Source of the DNA: the human T2T-CHM13v2.0 reference genome, Homo sapiens
Reading direction: 5' to 3' (one strand)
Length of the DNA: 64,000 nucleotides
Assembly (NCBI RefSeq): GCF_009914755.1
Contig: NC_060933.1
Shown piece by piece: positions 44,701 to 56,590 of this stretch. Below the pieces are notes generated by a model, which was not told the origin of the DNA, made no database searches, and worked only from the letters and a program-made list of their open reading frames with translations. The position numbers were made by a program, and so were the translations under genes. Position 1 is the first letter of the stretch, and each line of letters starts with the position of its first letter.

Positions 44701-47420
44701 CACTCCTTTCCATTCCATTCCATTCCTTTCGGTTCCATTCCATTCCATTCCAATCCATTCCATTCCATTCAATTCCGTTCCGTTCCATTCCATTCCATTC
44801 CATTATATTCGGGTTAATTCCATTCCATTCCATTCGATTGCAATCGAGTTGATTCCATTCCATTCCATTCCATTCCATTCCATTGCTTTCTATTCCATTA
44901 CGGATGATTCCATTCCATTGCATTCCATTCCATTCCATTCCCCTGTACTCGGTTTGATTCCATTCCCTTCCATTACAATCCATGCCATTCCACTCGTGTT
45001 GATTCCATTCTTTCCATTCCATTCAAGTTGAATCCATTCCATTGCATTCCATTCCATTCCATTCCCCTGCAGTCGGGTTGATTCCATTCCATTCCATTCC
45101 ATTCCATTCCATTCCGTTCCGTTCCGTTCCATTCCATTCCATTCCATTCTATTCGGGTTAATTCCATTCCATTCCATTCCATTCCATTCCATTCAGCTCC
45201 ATTCCATTCCATTCCATTCCATTCCATTCCATTCCATTCTATTCGGGTTAATTCCATTCCATTCCATTCCATTCCATTCCATTCCATTCCATTCTATTCC
45301 ATTCCATTGCAATCGAGTTGAATCCATTGCATTTCATTCCATTCCATTCCATTCCATTCCATTCAATTCCATTCCATTACAATTCGTTCCATTCCATTCT
45401 ATTCCGTACCATTCTATTCCATTCCATACAATTCCATTCCAATCCATTCCATTCCATTCCTTTCCATTCCGTTCCCTTCCATTCCTTTCCATTCTATTCG
45501 GATTAATTCCATTCCATTCCATTCCATTCCATTCTATTCCATTCCATTGAAATCGAGTTGAATCCATTGCATTTCTTTCCATTCCATTCCATTCCATTCC
45601 ATTCCGGAAGATTCCATTCCATTGCATTCCATTCCATTCCATTCCCCTGCACTCGCGTTGATTCCATTCCATTCCATTCCATTCCCCTGCACTCGCGTTG
45701 ATTCCATTCCATTCCATTCCATTCCATTCCGTTCCATTCCATTCCATTCCATTCCATTCCATTCCATTCCATTCCGTTCCATTCCATTCCTTTACATTCG
45801 GATTGATTCTATTCAATTCCCTTAAACTCCATTACATTGCATTCCATTCGGGTAGTTTCCATTCCATTCTATTCCATTCCTCTCCATTGCATTGCAATCG
45901 GGTTGATTCCATTCCATTGCATTCCATTCCATTCCATTCAATTCCATTCCGTTCCATTCCATTCCATTACATTCGCATTGATTCTATTCAACTCCCTTAC
46001 TCTCCATTACATTCCATTCCATTCGGGTTGTTCCATTCCATTCCATTCCATTCCACTCCATTCCATTGCACTTGGGTTGATTCCATTCCATTCCATTCCA
46101 TTCCATTCCATTCCATTCCGGAAGATTCCATTCCATTGCATTCCATTCCATTCCATTCCCCTGCACTCGCGTTGATTCCATTCCATTCCATTCCATTCCA
46201 TTCCATTCCATTCCATTCCATTCCTTTCCGTTCCATTCCATTCCATTCCATTCCATTCCAATCCATTCCATTCCGTTCCGTTCCGTTCCATTCCATACTA
46301 TTCCATTCTATTCGGGTTAATTCCATTCGATTCCATTCGATTGCAATCGAGTTGATTCCATTCCATTCTATTCCATTCCATTCCATTCCTTTCCATTCCA
46401 TTCCATTACGGATGATTCCATTCCATTGCATTCCATTCCATTCCATTCCCCTGTACTCGGGTTGATTCCATTCCATTCCATTCCAATCCATGCCATTCCA
46501 CTCGTGTTGATTCCATTCTTTCCATTCCATTGAAGTTGAATCCATTCCATTGCATTCCATTCCATTCCATTCCCCTGCAGTCAGTTTGACTCCATTCCAT
46601 TCCATTCCATTCCATTCCATTCCATTCCATTCCATTCCGTTCCGTTCCATTCCATTCCATTCCATTCTATTCGGGTTAATTCCATTCCATTCCATTCCAT
46701 TCCATTCCAATCGAGTTGATTCCATTCCATTCCATTCCATTCCATTCCACTCCATTCCAGTCCTTTCCATTCCATTCCACTCGGGTTGATTCCAATGTAT
46801 TCCTTTCCATTTCATTCCATTCCATTGCAATCGAGTTGATTCCATTGCTTTGCATTCCATTCCATTCCATTCCATTCCGTATGATTCCATTCCATTGCAT
46901 TCCATTCCATTCCATTCCCCTGCACTCGGGTTGATTCCATTCCATTCCACTCCATTCCGCTCCATTCCATTCCATTCCAATGTATTTGGGTTAATTCCAT
47001 TCCATTCCATTCCATTCCATTCCGTTACAATCGAGTTGATTCCATTCCATTCCATTCCATTCCAGTCCTTTCCATTCCATTCCACTCTTGTTGATTCCAT
47101 TCTATTAGTTTCCATTCCATTCCATTCCCTTCCATTCCACTCTGGTTGATACCATTCCTTTCCATTCCACTCGAATACATTCCCTCCTATTCCACTCGGA
47201 ACGATTCCATTCCATTCCATTCCATTCCATTCCATTCCATTCCATTCCATTTCGTTCCATTCCATTCTATTCCGTATCATTCCATTCCATTCCATTCCAT
47301 TCCATTCCATTCCATTCCATTCCATTCCATTGTACTCGGGTTGATTCAATTCCATTGCATTCCATTCCATTCCATTCCATTCCATTCCATTACATTCCAT
47401 TCCGTTGCATTCCATTCCAT

Positions 47421-47520
47421 TACATTCGGATTGATTCTATACAACTCCCTTACTCTCCGTTACATTCCATTACATTCGGATTAATTCTATACAACTCCCT
47501 TACTCTCCGTTACATTCCAT
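47421..47520 (+). repeat. Tandem duplication of a 50-bp unit
   Basis: TACATTCGGATT(G/A)ATTCTATACAACTCCCTTACTCTCCGTTACATTCCAT occurs twice (47421-47470, 47471-47520) with one mismatch. Confidence 0.95.
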
Positions 47521-50500
47521 TGCACTCGGGTTGATTCCATTCCATTCCATTCCATTCCATTCCATTCCATTCCATTCCGGATTATTCCATTCCATTGCAT
47601 TCCGTTCCATTACATTCCCCTGCACTCGCGTTGATTCCATTCCATTCCATTCCATTCCATTCAATTCCATTCCGTTACAATTCGTTCCATTCCATTCTAT
47701 TCCGTACCATTCCATTCCATTCCATATCATTCCATTCCATTCCATTCCATTCCATTCCGTTCCATTCCATTCCATTCCATTCCATTCCATTCTATTCGGA
47801 TTAATTCCATTCCATTCCATTCCATTCCATTCTATTCCATTCCATTGCAATCGAGTTGAATCCATTGCATTTCATTCCATTCCATTTCATTCCATTCCAT
47901 TCCGGAAGATTCCATTCCATTCCATTCCATTCCATTCCATTCCCCTACAGTCGCGTTGATTCCATTCCATTCCATTCCATTCCATTCCGTTCCGTTCCGT
48001 TCCATTCCATTCCATTCCATTCCATTTCATTCCGTTCCGTTCCATTCCATTCCATTCCATTCCATTCTATTCGGGTTAATTCCATTCCATTCCATTCGAT
48101 TGTAATCGAGTTGATTCCATTCCATTCCATTCCATTCCCTTCCATTCCATTCCTTTCCATTCCATTACGGATGATTACATTCCATTGCATTCCATTCCAT
48201 TCCATTCCCCTGGACTCGGGTTGATTCCATTCCATTCCATTCCAATCCATGCCATTCCACTCGTGTTGATTCCATTCTTTCCATTCCATTCAAGTTGAAT
48301 CCAATCCATTGCATTGCATTCCATTCGATTCCATTCTATTGCACTCGGGTTGATTCAATTCCATTGCATTCCATTCCATTCCATTCCATTCCATTCCGTT
48401 GCATTCCATTCCATTACATTCGGATTGATTCTATTCAACTCCCTTACTCTCCATTCCATTCCATTCCATTCGGGTTGTTCCATTCCATTCCATTCCATTC
48501 CACTCCATTCCATTGCACTCGGGTTGATTCCATTCCATTCCATTCCATTCAATTCCATTCCGGATGATTCCATTCCATTACATTCCGTTCCATTACATTC
48601 CCCTGCACTCGCGTTGATTCCATTCCATTCCATTCCATTCCATTCAATTCCATTCCATTACAATTCGTTCCATTCCATTCTATTCCGTACCATTCCATTC
48701 CATTCCATACCATTCCATTCCATTCCATTCCATTCCATTCCATTCCATTCCATTCCGTTCCATTCCATTCCATTCCATTCTATTCGGGTTAATTCCATTC
48801 CATTCCATTCCATTCCATTCCATTCTATTCCATTCCATTGCAATCGAGTTGAATCCATTGCATTTCATTCCATTCCATTCCATTCCATTCCATTCCGGAA
48901 TATTCCATTCCATTGCATTCCATTCCATTCCATTCCCCTGCACCCGCGTTGATTCCATTCCATTCCATTCCATTCCATTCCATCCATTCCATTCCGTTCT
49001 GTTCCATTCCATTCCATTCCATTCCGTTCCGTTCCATTCCATTCCACTCCATTCTATTCGGGTTAATTCCATTCCATTCCATTCGATTGCAATCGATTTG
49101 ATTCCATTCCATTCCATTCCATTCCATTCCATTCCATTCCTTTCCATTCCATTACGGATGATTCCATTCCATTGCATTCCATTCCATTCCATTCCCCTGT
49201 ACTCGGGTTGATTCCATTCCATTCCATTCCAATCCATGCCATTCCACTCGTGTTGATTCCATTCTTTCCATTCCATTCAAGTTGAATCCATTCCATTGCA
49301 TTCTATTCCATTCGATTCCATTCGATTGCACTCGGGTTGATTCCTTTCCATTGCATTCCATTCCATTCCATTCCATTCCATTCCATTCCATTCCGTTGCA
49401 TTCCATTCCATTACATTCGGATTGATTCTATTCAACTCCCTTACTCTCCATTACATTCCATTCCATTCGGGTTGTTCCATTCCATTCCATTCCATTCCAC
49501 TCCATTCCATTGCACTCGGGTTGATTGCATTCCATTCCATTCCATTCCATTCCGTTCCGTTCCATTCCATTCCATTCCATTCCTTTCCATTCCATTCCAT
49601 TCCATTCTATTCGGGTTAATTCCATTCCATTCCATTCGATTGTAATCGAGTTGATTCCATTCCATTCCATTCCATTCCATTCCATTCCATTCCATTCCAT
49701 TCCGGATGATTCCATTCCATTGCATTCCGTTCCATTACATTCCCCTGCACTCGCGTTGATTCCATTGCATTCCATTCAATTCCATTCCATTACAATTCGT
49801 TCCATTCCATTCTATTCCGTACCATTCCATTCCATTCCATACCATTCCATTCCATTCCATTCCATTCCATTCCGTTCCATTCCGTTCCATTGCATTCCAT
49901 TCCATTCTATTCGGGTTAATTCCATTCCATTCCATTCCATTCCATTCTATTCCATTCCATTGCAATCGAGTTGAATCCATTGCATTTCATTCCATTAAAT
50001 TCCATTCCATTCCATTCCGGAAGATTCCATTCCATTGCATTCCATTCCATTCCATTCCCCTGCACTCGCATTGATTCCATTCCATTCCATTCCATTCCAT
50101 TCCGTTCCGTTCCATTCCATTCCATTCCATTCCATTCCGTTCCATTCCATTCCATTCCATTCTATTCGGGTTAATTCCATTCCATTCCATTCGATTGCAA
50201 TCGAGTTGATTCCATTCCATTCCATTCCATTCCATTCCATTCCTTTCCATTCCATTACGGATGATTCCATTCCATTGCATTCCATTCCATTCCATTCCCC
50301 TGTACTCGGGTTGATTCCATTCCATTCCATTCCAATCCATGCCATTCCACTCGTGTTGATTCCATTCTTTCCATTCCATTCAAGTTGAATCCATTCCATT
50401 GCATTCCATTCAATTTGATTCCATTCGATTGCACTCGGGTTGATTCCATTCCATTGCATTCCATTCCATTCCATTCCATTCCATTCCATTCCATTCCGTT

Positions 50501-53500
50501 CCATTCCATTCCATTACATTCGGATTGATTCTATTCAATTCCCTTACACTGCATTACATTCCATTCCATTCGGGTAGTTTCCATTCCATTCCATTCCATT
50601 CCCCTCCATTCCATTGCACTCGGGTTGATTCCATTCCATTGCATTCCATTCCATTCCATTCAATTCCATTCCATTCCATTCAATTCCATTACATTCGGAT
50701 TGATTCTATTCAACTCCCTTACTCTCCATTCCATTCCATTCCATTCGGGTTGTTCCATTCCATTCCATTCCATTCCACTCCATTCCATTGCACTCGGGTT
50801 GACTCCATTTCATTCCATTCCATTCCATTCCATTCCATTCCATTCCATTACAATCGAGTTGATTCCATTCCATTCCATTCCATTCCAGTCCTTTCCATTC
50901 CATTCCACTCGGGTTGATTCCATTCTATTAGTTTCCCTTCCATTCCATTCCCTTCCATTCCACTCTGGTTGATTCCATTCCTTTCCATTCCACTCGAATA
51001 CATTCCCTCCTATTCCACTTGGAACGATTCCATTCCATTCCATTCCATTCCATTCCATTCCATTCCGGATGATTCCATTCCATTGCATTCCGTTCCATTA
51101 CATTCCCCTGCACTCGGGTTGATTCCATTCCATTCCATTCCATTCCATTCCATTCCATTCCATTCCTATTCTTTCCATTCCATTCTATTCCGTACCATTC
51201 CATTCCATTCCATACAATTCCATTCCATTCCATTCCACTCCGTTCCGTTCCGTTCCGTTCTGTTCCGTTCCATTCCATTCCATTCCATTCTATTCGGTTT
51301 AATTCCATTCCATTCCATTCCATTCCATTCTATTCCATTCCATTGCAATCGAGTTGAATCCATTGCATTCCATTCCATTCCATTCCATTCCATTCCATTC
51401 CATTCCGGAATATTCCATTCCATTGCATTCCATTCCATTCCATTCCATTCCATTCCATTCCATTCCATTCCATTGTACTCGGGTTGATTCCATTCCATTG
51501 CATTCCATTCCATTCCATTCCATTCCATTCCATTCCATTCCATTCCATTCCATTCCGTTCTATTCCATTCCATTACATTCGGATTGATTCTTTTCAACTG
51601 CCTTACTCTCCATTACATTCCATTCCATTCGGGTTGTTCCATTCCATTCCATTCCATTCCACTCCATTCCATTGCACTCGGGTTGATTCCATTCCATTCC
51701 ATTCCATTCCATTCCGGATGATTCAATTCCATTGCATTCCGTTCCATTACATTCCCCTGCACTCGTGTTGATTCCATTCCATTCCATTCCATTCCATTCA
51801 ATTCCATTCCATTACAATTCGTTCCATTCTATTCTATTCCATACCATTCCATTCCATTCCATGCCATTCCATTCCATTCCATTCCATTCCATTCCATTCC
51901 ATTCCGTTCCATTCCATTCAATTCCATTCTATTCGGATTAATTCCATTCCATTCCATTCCATTCCATTCCATTCTATTCCATTCCATTGCAATCGAGTTG
52001 AATCTATTGCATTTCATTCCATTCCATTCCATTCCATTCCATTCCGGAAATTTCCATTCCATTGCATTCCATTCCATTCCATTCCCCTGCACTCGCGTTG
52101 ATTCCATTCCATTCCATTCCATTCCATTCCGTTCCGTTCCATTCCATTCCATTCCATTCCATTCCATTCCGTTCCATTCCATTCCATTCCATTCTATTCG
52201 GGTTAATTCCATTCCATTCCATTCGATTGCAATCGAGTTGATTCCATTCCATTCCATTCCATTCCATTCCATTCCATTCCATTCCATTCCTTTCCATTCC
52301 ATTACGGATGATTCCATTCCATTGCATTCTATTCCATTCCATTCCCCTGTACTCGGGTTGATTCCATTCCATTCCATTCCAATCCATGCCATTCCACTCG
52401 TGTTGATTCCATTCTTTCCATTCCATTCAAGTTGAATCCATTCCATTGCATTCCATTCAATTTGATTCCATTCGATTGCACTCGGGTTGATTCCATTCCA
52501 TTGCATTCCATTCCATTCCATTCCATTCCATTCCATTCCATTCCGTTCCATTCCATTCCATTACATTCGGATTGATTCTATTCAATTCCCTTACACTGCA
52601 TTACATTCCATTCCATTCGGGTAGTTTCCATTCCATTCCATTCCATTCCCCTCCATTCCATTGCACTAGGGTTGATTCCATTCCATTCCATTCCATTCCA
52701 TTCCATTCCGGATGATTCCATTCCATTGCATTCCGTTCCATTACATTCCCCTGCACTCGGGTTGATTCCATTCCATTCCTTTCCATTCCATTCGATTCCA
52801 TTCCATTCCCCTGCACTCGCGTTGATTCCATTCCATTCCATTCCATTCCATTCCATTCCATTCCATTCCTTTCCGTTCCATTCCATTCCATTCCATTCCA
52901 TTCCGTTCCGTTCCATTCCATTCCATTCCATTCTATTCGGGTTAATTCCATTCCATTCCATTCGATTGCAATCGAGTTGATTCCATTCCATTCCATTCCA
53001 TTCCATTCCATTCCATTCCATTCCATTCCATTCCAGTCCTTTCCATTCCTTTCCATTCCATTACTGATGATTCCATTCCATTGCATTCCATTCCATTCCA
53101 TTCCCCTGTACTCGGGTTGATTCCATTCCATTCCATTCCAATCCATGTCATTCCACTCGTGTTGATTCCATTCTTTCCTTTCCATTCAAGTTGAATCCAT
53201 TCCATTGCATTCCATTGCATTCGATTCCATTCGATTGCACTCGGGTTGATTCCATTCCATTGCATTCCATTTCATTCCATTCCATTCCATTCCGTTCCAT
53301 TCCATTTCATTACATTCAGATTGATTCTTTTCAATTCCCTTACACTCCATAATATTCCAATCCATTCTGGTTGTTTCCATTCCATTCCATTCCATTCCAT
53401 TCCGTTCCGTTCCGTTCCGTTCCGTTCCGTTCCATTCCATTCCATTCCATTCCATTCCGTTCCGTTCCATTCCATTCCATTCCATTCTATTCGGGTTAAT

Positions 53501-54479
53501 TCCATTCCATTCCATTCGATTGCAATCGTGTTGATTCCATTCCATTCCATTCCATTCCATTCCATTCCATTCCTTTCCATTCCATTACGGATGATTCCAT
53601 TCCATTGCATTCCATTCCATTCCATTCCCCTGTACTCGGGTTGATTCCATTCCATTGCATTCCAATTCATGCCCTTCCACTCGTGTTGATTCCATTCTTT
53701 CCATTCCATTCAAGTTGAATCCATTCCATTGCATTCCTTTCCATTCCATTCCCCTGCAATCGCGTTGATTCCATTCCATTCCATTCCATTCCATTCCATT
53801 CCATTCCCTTCCGTTCCATTCCATTCCATTCCATTCCATTCCATTCCATTCCATTCCGTTCCGTTCCGTTCCGTTCCGTTCCATTCCGTTCCATTCCATT
53901 CTATTCGGGTTAATTCTATTCCATTCCATTCGATTGCAATCGAGTCAATTCCATTCCATTCCATTCCATTCCATTACATTCAATTCCATTCCATTCCATT
54001 CCATTACGGATGATTCCATTCCATTGCATTCCATTCCATTCCATTCCCCTGTACTCGGGTTGATTCCATTCCATTCCATTCCAATCCATGCCATTCCACT
54101 CGTGTTGATTCCATTCTTTCCATTCCATTCAAGTTGAATCCATTCCATTGCATTCCATTCCATTCCATTCCCCTGCAGTCGGGTTGATTCCATTCCATTC
54201 CATTCCATTCCATTCCATTCCGTTCCGTTCCATTCCATTCCATTCCTTTCTATTCGGGTTAATTCCATTCCATTCCATTCCATTCCATTCCATTTCAATC
54301 AAGTTGATTCCATTCCATTCCATTCCAATCCATTCCATTCCATTCCATTCCATTCCACTCCATTCCAGTCCTTTCCATTCCATTCCACTCTGGTTGATTC
54401 CAATGCATTCCTTTCCATTCCATTCCATTCCATTGCAATCGAGTTGATTCCATTGCTTTGCATTCCATTCCATTCCGGA

Positions 54480-56590
54480 TGATTCCATTCCATTGCATTG
54501 CATTCCATTCCATTCCCCTGCACTCGGGTTGATTCCATTCCATTCCACTCCATTCCGTTCCATTCCATTCCATTCCATTGTATTCGGGTTAATTCCATTC
54601 CATTCCATTCCATTCCATTCCATTCCATTACAATCGAGTTTATTCCATTCCATTCCATTCCATTCCAGTCCTTTCCATTCCATTCCACTCGGGTTGATTC
54701 CATTCTGTTAGTTTCCATTCCATTCCATTCCCTTCCATTCCACTCTGGTTGATTCCATTCCTTTCCATTCCACTCGAATACATTCCCTCCTATTCCACTC
54801 GGAACGATTCCATTCCATTCCATTCCATTCCATTCCATTCCATTCCATTTCCTTCCATTCCATTCAATTCCGTATCATTCCATTCCATTCCATTCCATTC
54901 CATTCCATTCCATTCCATTCCATTGTACTCGGGTTGATTCCATTCCATTGCATTCCATTCCATTCCATTCCATTCCATTCCGTTGCATTCCATTCCATTA
55001 CATTCGGATTGATTCTATTCAACTCCTTTACTCTCCATTACATTCCATTCCATTCGGGTTGTTCCATTCCATTCCATTCCATTCCACTCCATTCCATTGC
55101 ACTATGGTTGATTCCATTCCACTCCATTCCATTCCATTCCGGATGATTCCATTCCATTGCATTCCGTTCCATTACATTCCCCTGCACTCGCGTTGATTCC
55201 ATTCCATTCCATCCAATTCCATTCCATTACAATTCGTTCCATTCCATTCTATTCCGTACCATTCCATTCCATTCCATACCATTCCATTCCATTCCATTCC
55301 ATTCCATTCCGTTCCATTCCGTTCCATTCCATTCCATTCCATTCCATTCCATTCCATTCTATTCCATTCCATTGCAATCGAGTTGAATCCATTGCATTTC
55401 ATTCCATTCCATTCCATTCCATTCCATTCCATTCCGGATGATTCCATTCCATTGCATTCCATTCCATTCCATTCCCCTGCACTCGCATTGATTCCATTCC
55501 ATTCCATTCCGTTCCGTTCCATTCCATTCCATTCCATTCCGTTCCATTCCATTCCATTCCATTCTATTCGGGTTAATTCCATTCCATTCCATTCGATTGC
55601 AATCGAGTTGATTCCATTCCATTCCATTCCATTCCATTCCATTCCATTCCATTCCGGATGATTCCATTCCATTGCATTGCATTCCATTCCATTCCCCTGC
55701 ACTCGGGTTGATTCCATTCCATTCCACTCCATTTCGTTCCATTCCATTCCATTCCATTGTATTCGGGTTAATTCCATTCCATTCCATTCCATTGCATTCC
55801 CTTCCATTATAATCGAGTTTATTCCATTCCATTCCATTCCATTCCAGTCCTTTCCATTCCATTCCACTCGGGTTGATTCCATTCTATTAGTTTCCATTCC
55901 ATTCCATTCCCTTCCATTCCACTCTGGTTGATTCCATTCCTTTCCATTCCAATCGAATACATTCCCTCCTATTCCACTCGGAACGATTCCATTCCATTCC
56001 ATTCCATTCCATTCCATTCCATTCCATTCCATTCCATTTCGTTCCATTCCATTCCATTCCGTATCATTCCATTCCATTCCATTCCATTCCATTCCATTGT
56101 ACTCGGGTTGATTCCATTCCATTGCATTCCATTCCATTCCATTCCATTCCATTCCGTTGCATTCCATTCCATTACATTCGGATTGATTCTATTCAACTCC
56201 CTTACTCTCCATTACATTCCATTCCATTCGGGTTGTTCCATTCCATTCCATTCCATTCCACTCCATTCCATTGCACTAGGGTTGATTCCATTCCATTCCA
56301 TTCCATTCCATTCCGGATGATTCCATTCCATTGCATTCCGTTCCATTACATTCCCCTGCACTCGCGTTGATTCCATTCCATTCCATTCAATTCCATTCCA
56401 TTACAATTCGTTCCATTCCATTCTATTCCGTACCATTCCATTCCATTCCATACCATTCCATTCCATTCCATTCCATTCCATTCCGTTCCATTCCGTTCCA
56501 TTGCATTCCATTCCATTCTATTCGGGTTAATTCCATTCCATTCCATTCCATTCCATTCTATTCCATTCCATTGCAATCGAGTTGAATCCA
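54480..56590 (+). repeat. Tandem pair with ~1.18 kb period
   Basis: Shared GCATTGCATTCC..CCCCTGCAC and ATCGAGTTTATTCC (~54633/55812). ORF offsets are 1179 (54749/55928) and 1174 (55157/56331). Confidence 0.8.
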
